The notes beneath the pieces were generated by a model, which made no database searches, had not been told where the DNA came from, and saw only the letters and a program-made list of their open reading frames with translations. From a virus (Duplodnaviria; Caudoviricetes), in IMG/VR virus record IMGVR_UViG_3300022723_000184, positions 137,947 through 201,946 of that record: a stretch of DNA of 64,000 bases; one strand, written 5' to 3'. This document shows, piece by piece, positions 56,651 through 64,000 of this stretch (position 1 is its first letter; each line of letters starts with the position of its first letter). The position numbers and the translations under genes were made by a program.

Positions 56651-57445
56651 ATGTCGCACCCGAGTATCGCGGTTATTGTTCCTACGTTTAACGCACTTGC
56701 CTATTCCAGGCGGGTGCTTCTCTCTTTGTTCAAATACACGCCGGGGGCCAAGGCCATTGTGGTCGACGACTGTTCTCCGCAGTGGGACGACAAGTGGTAC
56801 AAAGGGACGGGCGGCGAGGTCGTCATCCACCGGTTCAAGAAGAACGGCGGTCTGACCCGTTCTTGGAACCACGGCCTGGACATGTGCCGCAGCCTCGACG
56901 TCGAATACGTGGTGTGCGGCAACAACGACATCCTGTTCAGCATGGGTTGGTGGCGAGGGATGCAGGGCATCATCGAGAACCACGGCATCGGCCTGGCCGG
57001 CCCCTTGTCCAACGCACCGGGGATCACCGCCAAGGGCCTGCAAGAGGTGCAGGCCTACGTCCACAACTACCAGCTGACGGACAGCGCCCGGTACAACAAT
57101 CAGCTCAGCCAGATGCTGTGGGAGTCGTACAAGGACCGGCCGGTCGTCTCGCCGGTCAACGGGTTCTTAATGTTTGCTCGCAAAGAACTGTGGTACTCGA
57201 ACCAGTACGACGACCGCCATGTGTTCTGTCCGGTCAACCGGTTCACGTCCAAGGGCAAGAAGAACCCCACGCCGTTCATGACCTGCAACGAGGATGAGTT
57301 CCAACGCCGGCTGCGTCGGAACAAGGTCAAGTCGGGCATCGCCCTGGGCAGCTACGTGTTCCACTACCGCTCGGTCAGTCGGGGCCAGAAGCGGTACGGC
57401 AAAGGCCAGTTCACCAAGCTCACCGATCCGAACAAGCCCGTATGA
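56651..57445 (+). CDS. Glycosyltransferase family 2
   Basis: AVIVPTFN, IVVDDCS, GLTRSWNHG, NNDIL, VFH. Confidence 0.85.
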   Translation: MSHPSIAVIVPTFNALAYSRRVLLSLFKYTPGAKAIVVDDCSPQWDDKWYKGTGGEVVIHRFKKNGGLTRSWNHGLDMCRSLDVEYVVCGNNDILFSMGWWRGMQGIIENHGIGLAGPLSNAPGITAKGLQEVQAYVHNYQLTDSARYNNQLSQMLWESYKDRPVVSPVNGFLMFARKELWYSNQYDDRHVFCPVNRFTSKGKKNPTPFMTCNEDEFQRRLRRNKVKSGIALGSYVFHYRSVSRGQKRYGKGQFTKLTDPNKPV

Positions 57446-58098
57446 AGATCGCCGTTTACACAGCCATCACGGGCAAGTTCAACAACAAACTTCGCCCACC
57501 GCTTAAGCCCGTGGGTCCTGACGTCGATCTCATCTGCTTCAGCGATTGCCTGTGGCAGGCCCCGGACCCTTGGCGGTTGCTGCCGCCGGCCTGGGAGCAC
57601 GCGACCAACTCCAGGCGGACGGCCCGATACCACAAGATGATGCCGCACCTCGTGCTGCCGGGGTACGACTACTGGATCTGGATGGACGGCAACCAGCAGC
57701 TGGCCGACGACCCGAAGGCCTTGGTCCAGACCTACCTGTCCGACGACGTGAACTTCGCCAGCTACCGGCACCCGCAACGCCGGTGCGTGTACGAGGAGCT
57801 GGAGGCCTGCGTCAAGCTGAAGAAGGACGACCCGAGCATAATGCGTGGCCAGGTCGCCCGGTACAAGGACGAAGGCTACCCGACGCTCAACGGGATGATC
57901 GAGACCACCGTGGTCATCCGTCGTCACTGTGCCGAGGTGGTCAAGCTCAACGCTGCATGGTGGGACGAGATCCGGCAGGGAAGCCTTCGGGATCAGTTGA
58001 GCTTGAGTTACGTGCTGTGGAAACAAAGGGTCAGGATCAACTACGTGAAGGGACAGCGGGACCGTCCGGTGCATTTCAAGTACCACCCGCACAGGTAA
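57442..58098 (+). CDS. DUF616-family glycosyltransferase-like protein
   Basis: VYTAITG, ARYHKMMPH, WIWMDGN, HPQRRCVYEE, RDQLSL. Confidence 0.8.
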   Translation: MKIAVYTAITGKFNNKLRPPLKPVGPDVDLICFSDCLWQAPDPWRLLPPAWEHATNSRRTARYHKMMPHLVLPGYDYWIWMDGNQQLADDPKALVQTYLSDDVNFASYRHPQRRCVYEELEACVKLKKDDPSIMRGQVARYKDEGYPTLNGMIETTVVIRRHCAEVVKLNAAWWDEIRQGSLRDQLSLSYVLWKQRVRINYVKGQRDRPVHFKYHPHR

Positions 58099-59159
58099 TG
58101 CAGATCGGTATTTACGCCAACTATGACAGAACCAACCAGACGGCGGGCGCCGTCAGGCTGGCGGGGCTCGCCCAGTCCCTGGCCTACTCGGTCAGCTACC
58201 TTTCGGCCGGCCGAAGCGACTCCGAGCTGCACCCTTACTGGGACGGCCGGGTGCTGAAAGCTAAAAAAGAGAACGTCAGGCGGTGGGTGAACCTGAGCAT
58301 GACCTGCGTCTGGTTCAAGCCCCACCTCAACCGCTACCGCGGTGTGATGGAGGGCTGCCAGAGCCGCAGGCATGTGTGGGTGCCCGGCTGGCACACGCTC
58401 AGCGAAAAGGACTTGGGGCACGCAGCGTACTACGACAGGATCGTCTGCCCTAGCCGGGAGATGGCCGACAACCTGGCCGACCGCCTGGAGGCCCGTGGCA
58501 CCAAGCTCACGCGGGGCATCGAGCACATCAACTGGACGTCTGGCGTCAGCCCGATGCGCAAGACCCAGGTCTGCCGCCCCGACCGGCTCAAGGTGTTTGT
58601 CCCGGTCGACAACTACACGATGCACCGCTTCGGCCGGCAGATGTTGGCGACGCTCGACGCCCTGCTAGATGCCCTGCCCCACGTTGACGTGACCCTGGCC
58701 ACCCAGCGACCAGGCACCCGCCTGGCCCGTGGTCGGATCGAGCAGATGTGTAGGGACTACTTCGGCCGCTTCTGGCACCGCTGCCGGCTTACGTCCGACG
58801 AGCAGCTGGGGCGCATGCACGAGCACGACTGGGTGTGGATACCCGACGTCCGCTCGGACAACGGCCTGCCCGCCCAGCAGGCGTTGGCCGTGGGCGTCCC
58901 GGTCATCGCCTGGGACATCAGCCCGCTCAGCGAGGTGATCCACGACGGGTGGACCGGTGTCCTGGTCCCGTGCAATAAGACCTACAACTGGCTGGGGGCG
59001 CCGACCGCCAACTGGAATGGCAAGGAGCTGGCCAGTGCCCTGCACGTGTCGCTTTCCAGTGAATACCCGCTGCACACGCTGCGTGCCCTGGACTGGCCGG
59101 TGGGTGTGGCCGAGGACAAGTTCGGTCGGTACTGGCGTGACGTGTTGGGTCAGATCTAA
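58098..59159 (+). CDS. Glycosyltransferase family 4-like (GT-B)
   Basis: QALAVGVPVIAWDISPLSEVIHDGWTGVLVP. Confidence 0.75.
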   Translation: MQIGIYANYDRTNQTAGAVRLAGLAQSLAYSVSYLSAGRSDSELHPYWDGRVLKAKKENVRRWVNLSMTCVWFKPHLNRYRGVMEGCQSRRHVWVPGWHTLSEKDLGHAAYYDRIVCPSREMADNLADRLEARGTKLTRGIEHINWTSGVSPMRKTQVCRPDRLKVFVPVDNYTMHRFGRQMLATLDALLDALPHVDVTLATQRPGTRLARGRIEQMCRDYFGRFWHRCRLTSDEQLGRMHEHDWVWIPDVRSDNGLPAQQALAVGVPVIAWDISPLSEVIHDGWTGVLVPCNKTYNWLGAPTANWNGKELASALHVSLSSEYPLHTLRALDWPVGVAEDKFGRYWRDVLGQI

Positions 59160-59197
59160 AAAGCACTTTTTGGATGTGGGCGAGGCCACCTGTATAC
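59158..59197 (+). promoter_or_regulatory. Palindrome AAAAAGCACTTTTT (copy 6) abutting a sigma70-like promoter
   Basis: Palindrome 59158-59171 overlapping TTGGAT-17 nt-TATACT, upstream of the tubulin-family gene. Confidence 0.55.
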
Positions 59198-59209
59198 TTC
59201 GAGGGAATT

Positions 59210-60487
59210 ATGAGCGACGAAAACACCCAGGACGCGATGCGGCAGTCGATCGAGAAGGCCAAGGGCGAGAAGCCCAAGGTCTCGGCACCCCGCCCGGTCT
59301 CCGGCCCCAAGCCCCCGACGCCCAAGAAGGGCGGCGCGGTGGGCAATCTGGCGGCCGGCCTCAGCCCCCGAAGCAGGCAGCGTGCGGAGAAAGACGTCGT
59401 GGTCAACGACGCCTTCGACTACGACGTGGCCATGCGCATGGCTTTTATCGGTGCGGGCCAGGGCGGCGGCCGGATGGCCGACGGCTTCTACCGGTTGGGT
59501 TACCGCCGGGTGTGTGCTTTTAACACCACGGACATGGACTTCGCCGAGCTGAGCCCTCAGATCAAGAAGCACAGCCTGGACGTGGGTGGTGCGGCCAAGG
59601 ACACGGAGCTGGCCCGGGAGGCCCTGACCGGTCGCGAGGAGGAGATCCGCGACCTGATGCAGCGGTCGTGGGGCAACGAGATCGATTGCGCCATGGTCTG
59701 CGTCAGTCTCGGCGGCGGCACCGGCAGCGGTACGGCGGCCAGCGTCGTGAAGATTGCCCGCCAGTACATGAAGGACAAGACGGGCCAGGCCCGTGTGGGA
59801 GCCCTGGTCTCCCTGCCCACGCTGACCGAGGGCTACCAGGTCAACCGCAACGCCGTGATCGGGTTCCGAGAGTTGTTGGACCTGGAGGTCAGCCCGCTGC
59901 TGATCATCGACAATGCCAAGATCCACCAACTCTACAAGCCGTCGATGAGCAAACTGCACGCGACGGCCAACGACACGATCAGCCAGCTGTTCCACCTGTT
60001 CAATCGGCTGGCAGCGACCCGCAGCGAGATCACCTTCGATCGCTCGGAGTTCGCCCAGCTCCTGGACGCCGGCATCGTGGTCATGGGTGCGGCCGACATC
60101 CAGAACATCGAGACGCCGGCCGACATCTCCACGGCGATCCGTGACGAGCTGGCGAACAACGTGTTGGCCGAGATCGATCTGCGGACCGGGAAGAAGGGTG
60201 CCTGCCTGTTTGTGGCGGGCCAAGAGGTGCTCGACGAGTTGAACGCCGACTTCTTCGACGCCGGATTCAGCCAGCTGGACAGGACGCTGGGGGCGGCCGA
60301 TGGCGACAGCCACACTGTCGTCCACCGAGGTCTGTACGTGGGCTCCGAGCCCGGCCTCCAGTGCTACACGATGATCGCCGAGCTGGATCTTCCCAAGTCC
60401 AGGCTCACCGAGATGGCGAAGAAAGGCGGCCTGACCAACAACGGAGGCGGGTCGTCCGTCGCCAGTTGGCTGGGCGTCGACGGATAA
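59210..60487 (+). CDS. Tubulin/FtsZ-family GTPase (PhuZ/TubZ-like)
   Basis: FIGAGQGGGRMA, FNTT, GGAAKD, GGGTGSG signature, IIDN. Confidence 0.88.
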   Translation: MSDENTQDAMRQSIEKAKGEKPKVSAPRPVSGPKPPTPKKGGAVGNLAAGLSPRSRQRAEKDVVVNDAFDYDVAMRMAFIGAGQGGGRMADGFYRLGYRRVCAFNTTDMDFAELSPQIKKHSLDVGGAAKDTELAREALTGREEEIRDLMQRSWGNEIDCAMVCVSLGGGTGSGTAASVVKIARQYMKDKTGQARVGALVSLPTLTEGYQVNRNAVIGFRELLDLEVSPLLIIDNAKIHQLYKPSMSKLHATANDTISQLFHLFNRLAATRSEITFDRSEFAQLLDAGIVVMGAADIQNIETPADISTAIRDELANNVLAEIDLRTGKKGACLFVAGQEVLDELNADFFDAGFSQLDRTLGAADGDSHTVVHRGLYVGSEPGLQCYTMIAELDLPKSRLTEMAKKGGLTNNGGGSSVASWLGVDG

Positions 60488-60504
60488 CTTTGAAGGAGAA
60501 GATC

Positions 60505-60861
60505 ATGTTCCAGAAGCAGAGCGGGGAGCTTCCCCATCTGATCCAGCACCTGCGTCGCGAGTACGCCCTGCACCTGGGCAAAGCGGCGACGGACCCGGGT
60601 GCCATGGATGGTGTGGGCGCCGATGCCTTCATCAGCTGGGCCGCCCAGTACCTGAGCGACAACCGCACGGTCGAGAACTGGCCGGCCGACGCCAACATCG
60701 GCCTGAGGCTCTCGAACAACAAGCGGGTCCTGGTCCACCCGGCGACCGGCGAGGGCACCGGGCAGATGCAGGAGAGTGGCGCCGTCCACGTGACCAAGGG
60801 TCAGACGCAGCCGGGCCAGGAGGGCGTGGTTCAGGTCACCGATCAGCAGCGTGTGATCTGA
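60505..60861 (+). CDS. Hypothetical protein
   Basis: 118 aa, AAGGAG RBS. Confidence 0.6.
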   Translation: MFQKQSGELPHLIQHLRREYALHLGKAATDPGAMDGVGADAFISWAAQYLSDNRTVENWPADANIGLRLSNNKRVLVHPATGEGTGQMQESGAVHVTKGQTQPGQEGVVQVTDQQRVI

Positions 60862-61683
60862 GTGCCCGACAAGCTCACAGCCAGCCACATCATCGGGTTG
60901 CTCGCGGCCAAGCACGGCGACGACGTGTTTGTTTCCGAGTGCAAGACCGGCAGGTCCACGTACGGCGAGTGTCCCAGGCTCGACGCTTGGGCCATGCGGA
61001 AGTCGTGGACCAAGCCACACACCTATGGGTACGAGGTGAAGGTCGACCGCGGGGATTTCCTGCGAGACGACAAATGGCGGAAGTATCTGGAATACTGCTC
61101 GGACTTCTACTTCGTGTGCCCGCACGGGTTGATTGCGCCCAACGAGTTGCCCGAGGAAGCCGGGCTGATGTGGGCGTCGAAGACCGGTACGAGGCTGTTC
61201 ACCAAGAAGAAGGCCGTGAGCCGGATCGACACGCCGATTCCTGAGGACATCTTCCGTTACATCCTTATGTGGCGTTGCCGGATTACTCGGGAGCATCACG
61301 GCGAAGACCTGACACCCGCCGAGTGGAAGCAGTGGGCATTGGACCGATCGGAGAAGTCACGGGTGGGTCAGCAGGTGGCCGTGATCGTCGAGAGGATGGT
61401 GGCCAAGAGGACCGGCAAGGTCATGGTCAGGAACAACGAGCTGGACGCGGAAAACAAGAGGCTGCAGGCGTTCAAGGAGATCGCCGAGCGTCTGGGGATC
61501 AGTCTGACGCAGAAGTGGGGTTTTCAGCGTACGGTTGAGGAAAAGCTGGAGGCGGCCCGCAGCTTGTTCAGCAAGATCGTGAGGTCGAGGATACGGGATG
61601 CCCGCGTGGCGCTCGAACATGTAGAGACAGAGATTGAGCAGATGCTCAGCGAGGAAAAAGATGAGTCAGTTGAAACCGAATGA
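60862..61683 (+). CDS. MmcB-like PD-(D/E)XK endonuclease
   Basis: RLDAWAM, YEVKVDRGDFLRDDKWRKYLEYCSDFYFVCP, ELPEEAGL. Confidence 0.75.
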   Translation: MPDKLTASHIIGLLAAKHGDDVFVSECKTGRSTYGECPRLDAWAMRKSWTKPHTYGYEVKVDRGDFLRDDKWRKYLEYCSDFYFVCPHGLIAPNELPEEAGLMWASKTGTRLFTKKKAVSRIDTPIPEDIFRYILMWRCRITREHHGEDLTPAEWKQWALDRSEKSRVGQQVAVIVERMVAKRTGKVMVRNNELDAENKRLQAFKEIAERLGISLTQKWGFQRTVEEKLEAARSLFSKIVRSRIRDARVALEHVETEIEQMLSEEKDESVETE

Positions 61684-62398
61684 CGTGGCAAAGGTCGCCA
61701 GGTACCTGTTCAAGCGGTACACCGAGGACAACGGGGTGCCGCCCGACAACCACCCGGACGTCACGCCCTACGATTTCCTAAGCTGGTTGCACGGGTACCA
61801 GAACCAGGTGAACCCCGGGACCATGGCCGAGGGTCTGGGTGTGGACACGGCGGCCGTCGTTTACATGTTGGGCATGGCCAACGAGCCGACCGGGCCCAAC
61901 AAGCTGATCGCGATGTGGCCCTACGTCATTCTCAGCCAGCGGGTGACCAAGAACCCGTTGCTCAGCATGCAGCTGTTCCTGGTCCTGACCTGGGAGGACC
62001 GGACGGTGGCGCCGCTCTCGATCTTCTTGCACCGGGACGTGACCGAGGGACCGCTCAACGATGCCGCCGTGTGTTCGACGGTCACCACCCACTCCCAGAG
62101 CCTGCTGCGTGAGGTGATGGAGCGGGGGCTTGATCACGTGCACGACAGTCGTCAGGGCAACGGGTTGTTCGGCAGCAGCCGGATCGTCCAGTTGATCCAG
62201 GGCCTGGTGAATGGGACGGTGGACAGGGCCGCGGTCCCCGACTCCGACATGGTGGCGGCCAACCAGTTGTTGCATTTCATGGCCCAGATGTTCATCGACC
62301 ACGTACCTCAGGAGGCGGCCGAGGAATTGAGGGCCAAGGCCCGTGGTGGTCAGCAGGCCGACGGCGAGCCCAGGGGCGGTTTCGATACCGGCGGCTGA
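61661..62398 (+). CDS. Hypothetical protein
   Basis: 245-aa ORF. Confidence 0.65.
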   Translation: MSQLKPNDVAKVARYLFKRYTEDNGVPPDNHPDVTPYDFLSWLHGYQNQVNPGTMAEGLGVDTAAVVYMLGMANEPTGPNKLIAMWPYVILSQRVTKNPLLSMQLFLVLTWEDRTVAPLSIFLHRDVTEGPLNDAAVCSTVTTHSQSLLREVMERGLDHVHDSRQGNGLFGSSRIVQLIQGLVNGTVDRAAVPDSDMVAANQLLHFMAQMFIDHVPQEAAEELRAKARGGQQADGEPRGGFDTGG

Positions 62399-62640
62399 CT
62401 GTTGACCTGACCCCTGGTTGCTGGGAAGATGTGGGTGTGGTAGTCGCACGGAGGCGGCGGACACCCGACCGGGTGTTTGCGCCCCCGCACTTTCAGGGAG
62501 GTGGCACGGATGCCCCGTTCAGCTCAACTTCTTAAAGCACCTGGTCCTGGCGCCACAGCTGCAGGCGCAAGGTTTGCCGTTGGGGTAGGTCGTTCGTCCC
62601 ATCCTCTTACCTTTAGGGCATAATTGCCGGGAGAACGATA

Positions 62641-63639
62641 GTGCCATTTACAAGTAAAAGACAAGCGAGACTCTGCTACGCGAAGGATCGCGGCGAGGCC
62701 GGCTCGTGGGATTGCCACGAGTTCTCGGCCGACACCGACTTCAGTAAAATTCCCGAGAAGGTCAAGGAGGCGGCCATCGGGTCTGCCGTTGGCCGCGGTC
62801 TGCGTGGTGCTGGGCGGTACCTGGGCGATTTAGCCCGTCGTCATCCGGTGGCCGCCGGTGTCGCCGGGGCCACTGTACCGCCGGCTGTCGCGGGCCTCGC
62901 GACTTACGGCTTGCTCCGCCGATCTCCCTCGGAGTCCAAGGGTCTAACGCCTCCCCCTTCGACTGCGGGCTGGGGCGCGGCTGGTACGGGGGCGGCCGTA
63001 GGTGGCCTGGGTCTGTTAGGGCTTTTGGCGTACAAGGCATACAAAGAACGCGAAGACCGTCGCAACCGTTACAAGTCTGGGAGCGATCAGATGAACCGGA
63101 TTCAGGTGATGGCCAAGGCCGCGGCCTACAGGGCGGCGATGGAAGAGATGACCGAGACCGAGAAGCGGGCTTTCCTCGGTGCCCTGGCCCGCGGCGTGGG
63201 GGGTGCGGCCAAGGCCTTCGGCCGTGGCATGAAAGGTGCCCCTGCCGCCCAGCGCCTGGGCGGGAGCATGAGGCTGACCCCGACCCTTGCCCAGCGTGGT
63301 GCTCACGCTGCGGGTGCCGGTGTCCGGAACCTCGGCCAGATGGCCGGGGGTGTCGGCGGCATGCTCGGGCGCAACTGGCCCAAGATCGGGCTGGGTGCTG
63401 GGACGGCCGGCGGCCTGGGGTGGTTGGCCAAGCTCCTGGCCCGGCCTGCGACCCAGCTGACGGGTGCGGCCGGTGCCCCCATGCGTGACCCGACGATCGA
63501 GGCCCACCGTGCCCAGCAGATGCCCCAGGGAGCAGTCGGCTGGTCGAAGGAAATTATCGACTCCCTGAGACGGGCGGGCGCCATGAGACAGGCCCACCGT
63601 GCCCAGCAGATGCCCCAGGCCCAAGGAGCCGGTCGATGA
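62641..63639 (+). CDS. Gly/Ala-rich protein with several hydrophobic helices (possibly virion-associated)
   Basis: GGAG RBS, GTG start, MPFTSKRQARLCYAK, GxxxG-rich segments. Confidence 0.6.
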   Translation: MPFTSKRQARLCYAKDRGEAGSWDCHEFSADTDFSKIPEKVKEAAIGSAVGRGLRGAGRYLGDLARRHPVAAGVAGATVPPAVAGLATYGLLRRSPSESKGLTPPPSTAGWGAAGTGAAVGGLGLLGLLAYKAYKEREDRRNRYKSGSDQMNRIQVMAKAAAYRAAMEEMTETEKRAFLGALARGVGGAAKAFGRGMKGAPAAQRLGGSMRLTPTLAQRGAHAAGAGVRNLGQMAGGVGGMLGRNWPKIGLGAGTAGGLGWLAKLLARPATQLTGAAGAPMRDPTIEAHRAQQMPQGAVGWSKEIIDSLRRAGAMRQAHRAQQMPQAQGAGR

Positions 63640-64000
63640 TTACCCTTAGCGCCCTGAGACGGGCGGCGACCCAAATGCGTCACCGCAAAACTACCCCGAC
63701 CTCCAACCTCAAGAGTCAGCTGGCGGGTATGCCCGGGGCCAAGATGGCCGGTGAGCTGGCGCTGCTCGACTATTTGGGCAAGAAGTACCCCGAAGGCCGG
63801 TTCTCGCCCAACGTCCTGCTGGGCCTGAAGCAGGGCCACGACAAGAAAGCGTTCGACATTCCCAATTGGGTCCGCGACAACCCGTATACCGTGGGCGCCA
63901 CCGGGGTCGGCCTGCTGGGAGGCGGCCTGCACGGGTACCTGGGTGCCGACGAGGACCGGGACGAGAACCCGTGGATGGAAGCCCTTAGCGGTGCCGGGAC
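63636..64000 (+). CDS. Hypothetical protein, partial (runs off the window end)
   Basis: ATGA overlap, MITLSALRRAATQMR..., open to the end, hydrophobic GVGLLGGGLHG. Confidence 0.55.
   Translation, partial: MITLSALRRAATQMRHRKTTPTSNLKSQLAGMPGAKMAGELALLDYLGKKYPEGRFSPNVLLGLKQGHDKKAFDIPNWVRDNPYTVGATGVGLLGGGLHGYLGADEDRDENPWMEALSGAG

Noticed and set aside
1-64000. tRNA, rRNA, integrase, cas1/cas2/cas4
   Set aside because: No supporting motifs seen by eye; a tRNAscan or HMM run would be needed to exclude them fully

Overview
This window is a 64 kb piece of a large, GC-rich (by eye about 60-65%, not computed) dsDNA tailed phage genome, almost all on the + strand. No integrase, host housekeeping operon, rRNA or tRNA was seen. 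The host is probably a GC-rich, CsrA-using bacterium; Planctomycetota is plausible but only an inference. Modules: (1) a large terminase carrying an intein whose LAGLIDADG endonuclease is hidden in a different reading frame and broken by a nonsense codon; (2) accessory genes (RNase H, CsrA, dCTP deaminase, HD hydrolase); (3) a compact type V CRISPR locus: a 589-aa Cas12m-like effector with an intact-looking RuvC triad and an 11-repeat/10-spacer array, with no cas1/cas2/cas4; (4) a replication/recombination block (SbcD/SbcC-like, SF2 helicase, DnaB-like helicase, primase, UDG-PolA fusion, RecA-like, ThyX, DEDDh exonuclease, RuvC-like resolvase, DNA MTase); (5) probable portal, glycosyltransferases and a tubulin/FtsZ-family gene. 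The best candidate for an undescribed system is a pair of degenerate CRISPR-repeat copies outside the array. One ends 20 nt before the cas12 start codon, the other 11 nt before the recA-like start codon 22 kb away, and both sit directly against a ribosome-binding site. This suggests the effector also recognises repeats in mRNA leaders and acts as a regulator. Other notable signals are a stand-alone RAMP-like gene, an IS110/Nop-like gene, a recurring AAAAAGTACTTTTT palindrome and an origin-like palindrome cluster.
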